The notes under the pieces are model-generated. The model saw only the letters and a program-made list of their open reading frames with translations, did no database searches and was not told where the DNA came from. Both the position numbers and the translations under genes were made by a program. This document shows positions 1 to 13,204 of a DNA stretch of 64,000 nt, piece after piece. The number at the start of each line of letters is the position of its first letter. Positions within the stretch are counted from its first letter, which is position 1. This DNA comes from Spizellomyces punctatus DAOM BR117 (lineage: Eukaryota): the NCBI GenBank assembly GCA_000182565.2, contig KQ257458.1. One strand, written 5' to 3'.

Positions 1-254
1 TTGGCCCGTCCGAACCTGATCCAGACCTTGTGCCATGCGACTATTGTGGCAGACGATTCAACCACGACACAGCTGTACGACACATACCCTTCTGTCGCGA
101 CTCCAAGCAAAAATCACAACATCGCTCCAGTGCTAGGCCACACAATGCCTCAAATGCGTCGAGCCCGTCAAAGGAAGATATGCTCAAGAAACGGACGGCC
201 TATCGACCTCCCTTGCCAAAAGTTAAGGGCAAGTCTCCCATAAAAATGCAATAA
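1..254 (+). CDS. 3' end of a C2HC zinc-finger protein (ZC2HC1A/FAM164-like); truncated at the window start
   Basis: CDYCGRRFNHDTAVRHIPFC matches the zf-C2HC pattern, followed by a basic tail KKRTAYRPPLP and TAA at 252-254. Confidence 0.7.
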   Translation, partial: GPSEPDPDLVPCDYCGRRFNHDTAVRHIPFCRDSKQKSQHRSSARPHNASNASSPSKEDMLKKRTAYRPPLPKVKGKSPIKMQ

Positions 255-360
255 TCCTTCCATGTTCTGGCAACGCAGTGCTCCAAAAGGGCCCGACTGA
301 TCAATTTTAATGATAAATCGAAATAATATGCCGTTACAGGGACTGTCTAAAATTTCATAC

Positions 361-3161
361 TCATTTCTTTCCCTTCTTCTTTTTCTTATTGGACGTTGCT
401 TGTTGCGCTGGTGGTGCAGGTTTCTGTGTCACAGGGGCAAGTTGCGGGCTGTCTGGGGGCGTTTCCTTTTTTGCTCCAACACTACAATATCCAATCGTTA
501 GTTATGATGATTACAAGTACAATGTAACGACTACACCGCACCTCTTTCTTCCCTCAATGTTAGCGCTCCCGGTTCCGCCTGAATATAACCGTAGATGTTA
601 TCCATCATCTGTTCTGCTCGGCATCAAAAGAAAATAAACTTACCCAGTCCTCCACCAGCTAGTGCGGCTCCTTGCGGGCCTTTGCCGATATCCCGCTTTC
701 CCTTACCCTTCTTTGCATAGGTAGAACGATCTCTTTTAGGTAACCACCTCTCTAAATTCGTTGAGTTCATAATTAATAAAAGTCGGGGATGCTATCAGCA
801 TATTCGAATAGATACCTGGATCTGGTGCAACATTGGGATCAATGTTTTTAGGAAGTTTTGGCTTTCGCTTTCGTTTTTTGGGCTTTGATGACCCTTCAGC
901 GCCGGTTTCACGCATGCGCTTGTTGTTACCCGTACTACCGAAAGCCGACTCAATGGCGTCAACATCAATGAAGCTCTTGGGTACTTGGGCGTCTGATGGA
1001 AGGTATTGCTGATACTGCTCCGCCAGTGAGGGATCGAACTCGGAATATGCTATTATGAGTCCAGCGACCGACTCCACGTCGGTAGGATCAGCCTTAACAA
1101 GACGTTCATAGTCTTGAGCAGCATCCTGTGGCCGCTGACATTTGAGCTTATAGGAGGCTAACTGTTTGAGGATGGGCCGCTCGTTCTATACATGCCATAA
1201 ATGAGCACAACGTGTAACTTAAATTCCAATCAAGGACTTACATTTGACCCCTTCCAGAACCGTGTTGCCTCTTCCAGCAGAGAGACAGCTGTGTCCACTT
1301 CGTTTACTTGTCCGTACAACCAAACCAGCAAGGAAACCACTGCGGGTTGATACCGCTTATCCTCACTGGCACTGTCAGCAAAAGTCTTCATTAGATTGAG
1401 CGCTCCGCGAAGGTTTGACTGCTCAATCAGCAACTGAGCCAGGGCAAGATGGATGGAAAGAGAGTGTGGAAGCTTTTGCACGTATTGCTGATTTTTTTGC
1501 ATACTTAAGTTAGCCAGTTTAGCTCACATTTTACAAAAAATACAGAGACCCACCTGCAACTCTTCCAAAGCTTTGGATGGCAGCTTCTTTTCCTGCAGAG
1601 ATATACCCGCTAAAATTAGATAGGGGGTATCGTCACCCGGGTATTGATCACAAAGAGCTTTCGCTTTTTGTCGCGCATCACCAAACTGGCAAGTCACATC
1701 TATGAGATTTGCAGCAAAGAGCAGAACGCTATTTGAAGAACATTACCTTGCTCATGGAGAGAGACAACAAGGCGCCGTTAACAGCAATAATCCTCCTTTG
1801 CACACTAGTGAGTTTGTGCTCCAAACCGCTGGATGTTGCCAAGCGATACAATTTTGCGGCGTCCGGTAGATCCCGATTCTTTTTAACAGTCATTAAGTTG
1901 TTGGACGCAATGGCCGAGATAGCCGTGTCTGTGCCCCTACGAATAGTCAAGGTTCGTCAATGACGGACTTGCGTGTGAATATGATGAAATTAAGCCTACT
2001 TCAATTTTAAAACCGTTTCGTAAAGCTCAATGGCCTCTGCGGATCTTCCTTGTAGTTGGTGCACATACGCGAGTTGTACGGCGATCACTGCAAGTTCCTG
2101 CTGAATCTCCTCCTCTGAGTACTGTTCCGCTGCCAAAGACTCCCGACAAAGTCCTATATTCAAGATTTAGGATCACTATCTTTTGCAGTACCCGATAATA
2201 AGGCTGTGCAGTACCTTTCGCCTTCTCTAATAAACTGGCAGCTTGATCGAGTTCCCTTTTTGCCAGATGCATACAAGCCACATTATATGCAACTTCGTAG
2301 GAATCAGATGATACATCTATCTCCATCTTTTCGCGGCCTATTAATTCTTCATCGCCTAGCGATTACTGTCATACAGCGCGTACCTCGTCGACGAGTTTTT
2401 CGCCATTCGCCACGGCGGCCGCTTTGACAGCCAGAATGTTCGCTCGCAACTCTCCTTGCTCATACTAAGAAATGCGTCAGTCTTGGCCCCAATCTGTGAG
2501 CATAGGCAACTCAATCTACCTCTTCTGCGCTAGTACTCAATTCCTTATATATCTGATCGCAATTATCATACTTCTCGAATCGATATAGCTTCAAAGAGGC
2601 GAATCATTCAGAATCGATTTGACTTCAGTTTCCAAGCATCTGCGGGCATCGATATCTTACGACTTGCGCTTCCAGATGTCTTAAGCTTCTCTCGACATCA
2701 GAACCAAAGTTTTTGGCTGCATCTTCGCGCTGCTTGCGGACGAGATCCAAGCAATCTTGCAGTCGGTTAGCCCGATAGAGGCAGTATGCTCGCTCAAACA
2801 CAAGTTCCTCTCGCAAAAATGTCGGGATTGTCGGTGAGTCGATTAGTTTGAGAGCATTGGTATACTGCTCCAGCCGAATCAGCGCGACGATCTTTGGGGA
2901 TCCTTATTAGACGAGATGCATCTGCGTAGCTCGTAAGCTGACGAGCCCAAGGGACATACCTTGGTGTGAATGGCATCTGGGTCACTAGGCTCCGATCGAA
3001 GAACTGCATGTACAAAGTGGTTAAACACACAATGTCCTTTTTGGCTTCATTCCGCTGTTCCGGCTCATACTTTTGTCACAAGTCTCGACAATTTTATCGT
3101 AGTTACTGCCGAGACACATCGAATTCAGCTCCACAAAGAGTCCTTGTGTCGTCTCCGCCAT
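361..3161 (-). CDS. SRP72: Signal recognition particle subunit SRP72 (multi-exon)
   Basis: Start MAETTQGLFVEL; TPR-like exons (FERAYCLYRANRL, YEVAYNVAC); RNA-binding motif KKRKRKPKLPKNIDPNVAPDP|ERWLPKRDRS...GKGPQG; ends KKKKGKK-TGA. Confidence 0.93.
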
Positions 3162-3347
3162 GGCCTCACAATGGCTCCCGAGAAGTACTTCTGGATATCA
3201 CAGGTCCATGAAAGCCGAGTGTTCCGTTGTCCTGCTGTCCTCTTGTCGCTGTGCCGTCGACCTTGCACGTGACCTGCCCTTCATGGAGCCGATCAAATGA
3301 GGCTTATTACGAGATCGGTTGTGGGAAGCTGCCTGGATCTCCTCAAC

Positions 3348-3841
3348 ATGTTCCGAGCATTTCGCCATAGCGCCAGAACAATTGGGCGATATACTTGCTC
3401 TAGACTAGAATCCGGAGCGTACACGACACGATCAATGCCATCTGTGCTACAGGCAGTAGAATGTCCGCAAACACAAAGTGCTAATAGGTCTGGGTCGCAA
3501 AGACTCGGCGACCAGCATTCAAATGCGTTCGCAAACGCATTTCAATGTGCCCTTAGTGGGAAAGCTGGGGTTAGTCGTCCTGTGTCTGAAGCCGGTGTAC
3601 GAGCGGAAACATATACTCATTGAGATAACTTTAGACCACGCGAGTTCCTGCCAGTCTGGCGGCAACGTTCCTTGTTAAGGCGTCGCTGGAGACAGCATTG
3701 TTTTCTTCCTCGCTTATAGATGGTAAGGTCTATTGATCGTATTCACACGCAGTGCAGCTGGACATAGACGTAGCCTTGCATGATCTATGCAACGTTTTAT
3801 ACCTCTCACTGATGCTTTTCGCTGTTTTCGTAGATGTCTAG
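3348..3841 (+). CDS. Putative small 3-exon orphan protein (~105 aa) with a mitochondrial-presequence-like N-terminus
   Basis: Exons 3348-3569, 3635-3722, 3834-3841 joined by GTTAGT..TTTAG and GTAAGG..CGTAG introns give an open frame MFRAFRHSARTIGR...SSSLIDDV*. Confidence 0.5.
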
Positions 3842-3946
3842 AATGCCTTAGTGATGGCTCCAGGCAGCCGCGACATGATTTACTCTATATTTATACACCT
3901 CACCATTTCCGACATGTTGAATTTATATTTATTACAAGATGACAAT

Positions 3947-5164
3947 TCAGGGTTGTTCGACATTGTCTTCCAAGTCGGGCTCATCATCTTCCCACAAAAG
4001 GGGATCATTGTCATCGTCTGGACTAAGGGGCGGATTCCCTACTGGGGTGTACCGCGCCCCTCCAAATGCGCTTCGAACTTTGCTGAACAGACCTCCTCTT
4101 GATGATGCCGCCCCTCCTGTCGAGGGACTAAGGCGAGTCAGACCAGCACAGCAAGCGCAGACTTTGCAACACTACTCACAGCTCATTGGCGTTCGTTGGG
4201 AGCGCGACCCCACCTGGAGCCTCATGGTAATTACTTCTCGCTGTCAATGCAGAGAAAATTCGTGCGCTTTGCAGTGCAGCGATGAACCTTGATGGCAACA
4301 AAAGAAAATCGAGCAGGTGGTATGCATCTGGGCTTCGATGAGTTTGGTGTCCCTCCCGTTCACATTCATCCTTCGAACTCACATAGCATTCCTCCCAAAA
4401 TTCCTGATAGATGGCCAATAAATGAAGCCCATGGAGTAATGATGGCCGCTATGCCAAAGATGATCCAAGGGTACGCAACTCCTGCAATTTCCCTTCCAAA
4501 TATCCTAAGGGCAAATTGAAAGTCAGGAGCAGGTTGACCCACGCTCTTGAGGGAACTTTATCGCACCTCCGGGGAGTAAAGATACCTCTCTCCAATACAG
4601 CTTCAACCGTCAAAGCGGAAAATATGAGCCCCGAAAGACCCGCGGAACACGCTGTTCCCCAGCCCGTCAATGTGATCAGCCCCAGGATTGAGCCAAGTAA
4701 TACGTAGAGGAAACTATTGATGAAGCTCCACAGGAAAATGACGTGAAGGAATTGGAAAGTTCCAATGTCACGTTCGATAGGTGCAGCAAAGGAAGGAAAT
4801 GCAAGGATGTTGAGGACCAGGTGAAAGATACCCACGTGCAGGAATTGATTCGCAAACAGTCGGTGGACTAGGCGACCAAGAAATACCGCGATCTTCAGTT
4901 GAGCTCGTAAAGCCTGGACACTTGAACAAACTTACAGTTTGCGACGGGGGCCTTTAAATAAGCCCATGCCGCTAGACAGCCTTTACTTGTCCAAGCCAAA
5001 TCCTTTGTAAATATGTTTAGGAAATGGATTACGACGCAAGCACTGACTATAATGGCTGTTCCAAGAGGCAGGTCCGTGTACGCGGATGTGAGAAACTGTC
5101 CAACTCTTACAACGCCCTCCCGTAGCGCGTGTCGTCGGGATGTCGAGGGTGCCTGATCGGACAT
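3947..5164 (-). CDS. Rhomboid family intramembrane serine protease (Rbd2/RHBDL4-like)
   Basis: HVGIFHLVLN, ERDIG, catalytic GLSG and ASFIGHLSG motifs; several TM helices; acidic tail. Confidence 0.88.
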
Positions 5165-5472
5165 CTTTTGGAACTGGAAAGCGGCAGATAAAGGTACCAG
5201 CACCTGCCAGCCTGCTGTGCGAAACTGGTGAAGCTTTGATCTCCGTGTGGAGTGGCACTCGCGCATCATACACGTGACACTGTGGGAAGAAGCCCAAGAT
5301 GACGCGTCGCCAACAACAAAGTGCAGCAAATCCATCTGACAATCATCCTCGAACGAGAACGATAGCTTTTCGTTCATAACCACCGTTAAGAACCAACATG
5401 GACTACTTTCCGGGAAACTGGGGAAACCCTCGCACTGGCGGGGAGACGTACGGACCTGTCTCCCACAAGGCA

Positions 5473-6512
5473 ATGCCTGCTAACCACGCTACTCCCACCA
5501 CTCGCACACAGTAGGTGGTCAACGCAAATTAACCCTTGAGAAGCTTGAAACTAAAACGTGCGAATTTTTCCTTCACACTAGGCAGCCCATTGTCACGGGT
5601 ACTTCTGTACTGGGTATCAAATACAAGGATGGAGTAATGTTGGCTGCAGACACTCTCGGTACATAATTGGCTTCATTGGAGCTTTCCTCCCTCTGATAAC
5701 GCTAACAATGGACTTGTAACTGTAACAGCGTCATACGGTTCCCTTGCCCGGTTCAGGGATGTGGAGCGGCTAATAAAGGCTGGGGACTCAACAGTGGTTG
5801 GCGCGTCGGGGGATATTTCCGATTTTCAACACATCTCCCACATGCTAGAGAAAATTCTGTAAGGAGATCTTTTGATGAAGCGATACGCATAGCAAATAGT
5901 CATTGATGGCAAATCTCTTTCAATAGCATCAAAGAATATAATACTGAGGATGGACACAAACTTTACGCGCGCCACATTCACGAATACCTTTCCCGTGTGA
6001 TGTATAACAGGAGAAGCAATTTCAACCCTCTCTGGAACTCGCTAATCGTAGCTGGGGTTCGGGATCGCGATGGTGGCAAGTGAGTTTTCCGACACGAGTT
6101 TCAATCAAAGGTCAGCCGTCTCATGCGCTCGGTGAAAAGATTCTTGGGTTTTGTAGACCTTCAAGGGACCACCTATGAAGCATCTACCGTTGCGACAGGC
6201 TATGGTAGCTACATTGCTCAACCGCTCCTGCGAAAAGCTGTAGAAGGCCGTGAAGACACGCTGACAGAGGAAGAGGCTATCAAAATACTAGACGATTGCA
6301 TGCGTGTATTGTATTACCGCGATGCGCGCTCCTTGAACAAGGTTTGTCATGTTGCAGATGATTGTCTATCGCGCATCAACACATTTACCACTGTAATGTA
6401 GATACAACGTGCGACAGTAAATGCATCTGGCGTAACAATTACCGAGCCGTACGAGTTGGAATCAGAATGGGCATTTGCGGAGGGCATCCGTGGTTATGGC
6501 GCAACAGAATGA
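5473..6512 (+). CDS. PRE4: 20S proteasome subunit beta-7 (PSMB4)
   Basis: Spliced [82 protein letters not shown]. Confidence 0.96.
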
Positions 6513-6857
6513 GTTGACGCTATTTTGTTATCTAAAATTCCTGAAAAACTGTGCTTTTTGCATTGCACGCTTTGGTTGCTTTTTGCATTTTGTTGCAGAG
6601 CGTGTTCATTTGCGCAAACGCGTGGCGGATCGTTGACTATCAAAATTTGACTTTTTGACTTACGCATACAACAGAGGGGTTGATTTTTATTCATGGACAT
6701 TATTGGGTTGTACAAACGGCCGACCGTTCGAACGGCGGCGGCTTTTTGAGATGGTTTTTTTAAAAGGGGAGGTCCTCCGTCGTTCTCCTCGCTCATTGTT
6801 CAAACGATCAGAATCGAGATTTCAAGGCTTTCTCCAGCAGGATAAAACGAAGAAATC

Positions 6858-7421
6858 ATGTTCATCTTTGACGCTTGGTCACGGCACCGCGAACTCAAAC
6901 GCCTATCTAAATACGCAAACCGACGACAAACAGCGTCCAGTCCCAAGAGTTCCACCGTAGGAACCATCACTCTTCCCAGAATTCCCAAAGCCAGCTACGA
7001 CTGGGACTCACCCGATACCAAAGCCCGTCATGCGGCAGAATACCACTTTGAGGTTGAAAAAACGATACGAGAACAGCGACAGCGTGCGCAAATCATGCAG
7101 GAAAACTACAAGAGACCGAAAGAAGGTGTCTTGGTGGTTCTTGCGACCGACGAAGGTCAGCAAGGTACGACTGGTAGAATTTGCGCTGAGCCAGAACAAT
7201 ATGCCACGACGGGGCGACGTCCAGTGAGCCAGTACCCGGCAAGATATGCTTCCATGGATGCAAAGAGGCCGAACCTGCAGCAGCAGATCACACGGTCGAA
7301 AACCATACAGGAAACCAAGAGAAAGTCATCTTGGTGGGGCAAGCGAAAAATGGTGGATCCCCGTACTGTAAGATCTAGCGAGGAATACAACAGTCTTGAG
7401 CATGTTCCAACCACTAGGTGA
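6858..7421 (+). CDS. Hypothetical protein (187 aa, basic, intronless)
   Basis: ATG-initiated 187-codon ORF filling the gap between PRE4 and the convergent coiled-coil gene; no recognised domain. Confidence 0.55.
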   Translation: MFIFDAWSRHRELKRLSKYANRRQTASSPKSSTVGTITLPRIPKASYDWDSPDTKARHAAEYHFEVEKTIREQRQRAQIMQENYKRPKEGVLVVLATDEGQQGTTGRICAEPEQYATTGRRPVSQYPARYASMDAKRPNLQQQITRSKTIQETKRKSSWWGKRKMVDPRTVRSSEEYNSLEHVPTTR

Positions 7422-7498
7422 GTTTGGTCAATCCAGTCTATCGTTGTCGGCTCTCCTTTAACATTTATTTTGCTCTCAAGAATGACTGTCTAGATAAA

Positions 7499-7516
7499 CC
7501 CCCCCCCCCCCCCCCC
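7499..7516. repeat. Poly-C/poly-G tract (18 nt)
   Basis: Uninterrupted C run between two convergent 3' ends. Confidence 0.9.
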
Positions 7517-7533
7517 ACAGCTTCTGCATGTCC

Positions 7534-10500
7534 CTACCACTCTTGTTCATGACTCTTGCGGCTGGACCCGCCACCCTGCGCCTCATACTTGTTACTTGTA
7601 CCATACAAAGATAGATTAGATGCCTATGAATATATAGATTGACTTCCAACATTCCCTTCCTGGGCTTCCTCCTCATCCATGGTGCTATCGTCAATTGTAG
7701 ATTCGCCTCGTGCTGGTTTTTCTAGTGCCTCCTCCAATAGCTCTGCGGATCTCTTAACTGCTGGAAACTGTTGCAAGGCCATAGGGGACTGCTCTAGATA
7801 TGTCAAGGCATCTTCAACTCTAATTCGCCAGTCAATGTGCTAGGACGGGTCGCAAAGAATGACATTTAAGAGCCCACCAACCATAAGAACATTTGAGGCA
7901 CAACCAACCTCGGCATTATATTGCTGCTCCAACTGCGTAAGATTGGCCTTGTAATCCGTACTCCCAGATTCTTTCATAATCTCCTGCCACTTTTCTTGTT
8001 GAGCATTCAACTTTTGGTTTATTGCACTGAGGTCTTCAACCCGCTTGTTGCATCGCTCGAGTAAGGATTTCAACTCATTAATCTCGGCTTCGTGCCGGGT
8101 ACTGTCCATCTGATAGTCAAAGTCATCAAGGTTAGAGTACATTCCAATCTCGTTCAGAGCTGTAGCAGCCAGGAAACTGCTCACTACCTGGATATCATGT
8201 GCTAGTTTAGCATTAGTTCCCCTCAATTCCTCAACTAGTGAGTGCAAGCCCGCATTTTCCTGGGCAAGCACATTAATTCTCTGCGTATCTAATTGACTGT
8301 TCGAGCTAGCTGTGGCCTCGTCCAATAGTCTCTTGATGTCGTTCAGCTGCTTTCTCAAATGTGTTATTTGTTTGCGCTGCCCTGCATTCTCTTGAGCCAG
8401 AATTTCTTTCTCGTTCACCCATCTCTGTTTTTCTTTCATATAATCTTCTTTTGAACTGAGTTGCTCAGCCAAGCCGCGCATATAGTGATTTCGCTCGCTT
8501 CGTAGTCTATCCACATTAGTCGTCGCTTCCGCTAACTGTTCGCGAAGGGCCTCGATTTGATCGTTCAATGTGGCGCAAACAAACTCTGTCTCCTGCCGTT
8601 CCTTTGCTAGTGAATCTTGTGCAGCTTCTAACTGTGTACGAAGTGTGTTGCCTGCTTCGACTTGCTGACGTATTCGTGCCAATTCCGCATTCAATTCTGA
8701 CTTTTCCTGCACCAAAGAGGCTTCTGCCGCGCGTCTTCCCTGCTCCGAACTGTCATACAGCGACTGAAGACTTGCGAGGTCGGTTTCAAGTTGTGATTTG
8801 CAATCTTCGGCCGCTCTTACTTCAGCCTGCAGTGCAGAGTTTTCCTCAGATAATCGAGCCATGCAATCCTTGTTCTCTTGCGAGAGCTGTTCGTACTCGG
8901 TCTGCCACTTCAACAGGCTTGTTTCCAAGTCAGAAATTTGTAACTTGGCGGTTTCCAAATCGGATTTGAGCGCTGCCTTGTCAGCAGAAAGATGGTCATG
9001 TTCTTTCTCCGATTTCAGCTTGGATTTGTAGTCGGCAATGCTGGATTCTAGCTTTGCTATCCGTTTCTTCGCCGTCTCTTTTTCGGCCCTCAGCTCTGCA
9101 TTCTCTAGCGCTAAGCGAGATTCTGATTCTTCACGCTCGTGCTCCAGTGTCAATCGTTCCTCTTTCAGTCTCGCGACCTCTTCTCCAAGCTCGGCAATCT
9201 GCTTTCGCGCATTGTCCATATCAGATGTTGACTGTTCTGCGTTGAGCTTTGCAACTTCCTCTTCAAGCTCGGTAACCTGCTTTTGTGCATTATCTATGAC
9301 GGGAGAGTCCAAGGATTTCGCGCCTCCTTGGCTCTGAAGAATTTCCTTCTCAGCCCTCAATGTACGGATTTCCTCCGTGAGCATCTTCTCTTTATCCTAA
9401 AAGATCATTAGTGCTTGTCTTCAAAGCGATGGTTGTAGATGGCGGAACTCACCAGCAATCGACGAATGACTGTTTCTGCACAATCAAGTTCAAGCGCGTG
9501 AAACTTTTCCATCGAAGCCTATTCTCCACGGTCCGTGAGTACGGTACGACGCAGCCACTGTTCTCGATGACCTGGGTATTGTACCTGCTCCTTCTCCATC
9601 TTTGTCCTGTACCATGTGAGAATTTGATCCCGCTGATCGGCATTGTACTCCGCCTGCTCCAACTCTTCTTCTAATCTTGCAATCTCGTCCAGAAGCTGCA
9701 TGGGAAAAAGGTTTCGCTTAGTATATATGAAAGCACATTACTTGGATACAAAGCACGCGCAGACCTCTCTGGTACTAGGGATTCCGGCCTCGTCCAGTCT
9801 CAAGGAGGGAATATTATTCTCATCTGAAGCATTGACCTCAGCATCCGGAATCTGATCTAGTCTGGTATTCGGGAGTCTGTTCACAATCCGCCGAAGACGA
9901 TCTATCTAAGAACAAAATACCATTAAGTTCCTGAGTTGGTAAAGGTCAAATGCCAACTTGTAATACATTACCTCCAGCGTACTCTGAATGCCCTCTTGTT
10001 CTGCCTGTTGTTTAAGATCCTGCAATTGGCGCTCGTAATTGTGGATCTGGGCAAGGAGAGCCTGCTCACGGTCAAACCTGTGCGAGGTGAATCAGTGACA
10101 GATAATACACGGTCTTACATTGCCCAGAGCTTACCAGCCTAGCGTCTGGCTTTGTTGAGGAGACTTCCCATGGAGATGAAGGGTTGTGTCTGCCAGTACG
10201 CTGCTATTTTCAACCTGCTCCGATCTTTCCTCCATCCAGATCTCACCCGATCGCACAACGTTGGCGACAACGGATGAAATATGCTCTTCCTCTGCAAGAG
10301 CGTCGTGAAAACGGGAACATGTCGTCAGACCACCCATGTGAAAGCGATCATCGTCTATCATTCGTGTCGATGATTGGGCCCTGCCTTCGGACGTTCTCTG
10401 TAGGTGCGCTGTCACGGGAGACTGGGGTTCCGATAGCGATTCTGGGGCAAGGACGAAATTGGTATCTATATCCGAGTAAGAATTCATGAGTGTCGCTATA

Positions 10501-10827
10501 TGGTACTGTCTCCAGAGTATGCTCCTAACCTGGTGTTGCCCGAGCGTTGAAGAGCTGTCGAGGAGGAGTGATCTCTAATTGCTCCCAGTCTACAACATTT
10601 TTGACGGCCTCCCCCTCCCCCTCCTTTATAATTGATATCCCAGATTCCCAATCCTGAGAGTCTTTGAAAGGGATATCGTCCCCTTTCCGGACCGACACGG
10701 TCATAGTATATGGGGCTACGTCGAGAGCTTCCGTACTCCGTGGCGACCGTTCCAGCGCCGGCGCTGCGAATGAGCCGTTGCTCTTTGCATTCGCGCGCGG
10801 GCTTAAGGTCCCGGTTCGCTCGGACAT
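7534..10827 (-). CDS. Large coiled-coil protein with a disordered S/T/P-rich N-terminus (multi-exon; 3' end 7534 or 7624)
   Basis: Start MSERTGTLSPR; 514-codon heptad-rich E/K/L/Q ORF at 7840-9384 with an internal duplication (IDNAQKQVTELEEEVAKL / MDNARKQIAELGEEVARL); canonical introns between ORF pieces. Confidence 0.75.
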
Positions 10828-11139
10828 TCTTCTTCTACAAGTAGGCGAGAAAGAATGCGTTGCTTACTGGCGATCCTCATTGGGTGATTTACCAGCCATC
10901 TTCACAGCCGGGGTGGACGAGCACCTTCGTAACGCGTAGAGACATGTCCGAAATCAGCAGAGGGTTCGATCCTCGCTGAGAACAATTTCCTGTGATTTTT
11001 TCGGTGCTTAGGTTGATTGGCTCAATTTTTTTGAAGACTGCTCCACTTTAGCTGAAACCCGACGGTGCCAACTAAATTCCAAGATCGGAGGTCAAACTCA
11101 CCACAAACAGCCCTCCCCAGACCTATATTTGCCCTTATC

Positions 11140-13095
11140 ATGACCGAAGACAAGCCTGCAACCGGCGATGTTAACCTGCTTCTGGACGACGTGACGGGGG
11201 AAATGGTCTCCAAGTCGTGAGTATAGTAATATATAGGCAGTCAGCACATGAACCAACGTGCAACCTGTTTTGCATAACCACATTCATGATTATAACTTTT
11301 CTTTTTCTCTACCCATAGTGAGTTGAAGAGACGAAAGAAGCAGAGAGAGAAGGAGGCGGCGAAGGCAGCAAAGGAGGCCGCTGCTCCCAAGCCCGCTGCC
11401 AAAAAGGAGAAGGAAGTGGAGGAAGAGGAGCTAGACCCCCGCAAGTACTTTGAGAATCGGTCCAAGCTTGTCCAAAAGCTTCGCGAATCGAAGGAGGCAT
11501 ATCCACACAAATTCGAGGTTTCGATCTCTCTTCCCCATTATATCGAGAAATACTCGAAGCTGGAGGACGGTGCTCGACTTGACAAGGAAATTGTGACAGT
11601 GGCCGGACGTCTTCACAACTGCCGTGCTTCAGGAAAGAATCTCATCTTCTACGATTTGCATGCCGAAGGAGAAAAGATCCAGATCTTGGCATCATCCCAG
11701 GACTCTGAACGAGACTTCCATGAAGTGCACAAGAACTTGCAGCGGGGTGACATCGTCGGTGTCAAGGGGTTCCCGGGTAAATCTAAGAAGGGGGAACTGT
11801 CAATCATCCCGAAGGACATTATTCTCCTTACCCCGTGCTTGCGCATGTTGCCTAAGGCTCACTACGGTTTCAAGGATCAAGAGCTCCGATACCGGATGCG
11901 CTACCTCGATTTGATCATGAACAACAACGTGAGAAACAAGTTCACAACAAGAGCCAAAGTCATCAACTATCTTCGACGATTCCTCGACAATCTGGGATTC
12001 CTTGAAGTTGAAACCCCCATGATGAACATGATTGCTGGCGGAGCAACTGCCAAGCCGTTTATCACTCACCACAACGACCTAAAGCTAGATTTGTTCATGC
12101 GGATTGCTCCTGAACTCTACCTCAAACAATTGGTGGTGGGCGGTCTAGACCGAGTCTACGAAGTCGGAAAGCAGTTCCGTAATGAAGGAATTGATCTCAC
12201 ACACAATCCCGAATTCACAACTTGTGAATTCTATATGGCGTACGCTGATATGTACGATCTGATGGACATCACTGAAAGCTTGCTCTCTGGTATGGTCAAG
12301 ACTCTGACGGGTGGCTACAAGGTCAAGTACCACCCTAATGGACCCGAAGGGGAAGAATGGGTCCTCGATTTTACTCCCCCTTTCCGTCGTGTCCAGATGA
12401 TTCCCGAGTTGGAGCGATTGTTAAAGGTCAAGTTCCCCCCAGCTGAAACCCTAGGAAATGAAGAAGGACGTCAGTTCCTAGACGATCTCTGCAAGAAGAA
12501 CAATGTTGACTGCTCAGCTCCACGTACCAGCGCCCGTTTGTTGGATAAACTGGTTGGAGATTTCATTGAAGTGCAATGTATCAGCCCCACGTTCATTACC
12601 GAGCACCCACAAATGATGTCGCCGCTCGCCAAGGCGCATCGCTCCACTCCCGGTCTTTGCGAGCGTTTCGAGTGTTTCGTCGCCACCAAAGAGATCTGCA
12701 ATGCATACACCGAGTTGAACGATCCTTTCGATCAACGCGATCGATTCGAACAGCAAGCCGCAGACAAGGCTGCTGGTGATGAAGAAGCTCAACTGATCGA
12801 TGAGACATTCTGTAATGCGTTGGAGTACGGCTTGCCGCCTACTGGTGGTTGGGGATTGGGTCTTGACCGTCTCACGATGTTCTTGACTGATTCAAACAAC
12901 ATCAAAGAAGTTTTACTTTTCGTAAGTGTCATTTGGTCAGTGAGCACCATTACCGGTTCTAAGTATAACTCTTCTACCCAATAGCCTGCCATGAAGCCTG
13001 AAACCCAAGAACAGGAAAAGCAACGAGAGCATTTCATAGCAGAACAAATTAATCCACACGCGGTGAACACTGAGATCGGCGTTCGCTCTACCTAG
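11140..13095 (+). CDS. KRS1: Cytosolic lysyl-tRNA synthetase (class II)
   Basis: MVSKS|ELKRR; OB-fold; [63 protein letters not shown]; two introns. Confidence 0.98.
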
Positions 13096-13204
13096 AGTTT
13101 ACAGTGGATAGAGGAAGCTAAAATGTCATTGATCATGTTAATCAGACTAAATACAATCTGTATCAGGGTGATTTTCCACTATTACATCCTTGATTCCCAT
13201 AATT

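Noticed and set aside
3198-3209. Tiny uORF (MDL*) upstream of SRP72
   Set aside because: Lies in a 186-bp bidirectional promoter, probably upstream of the TSS; expected by chance
4895-5473. 192-aa ORF extending the rhomboid gene upstream
   Set aside because: Starts at a non-ATG codon and spans the rhomboid/PRE4 promoter; the ATG at 5164 is the better start
10900-11000. Possible tRNA gene around GGTTCGATCC
   Set aside because: The T-stem is mismatched in tRNA register and no acceptor, D or anticodon arms could be folded
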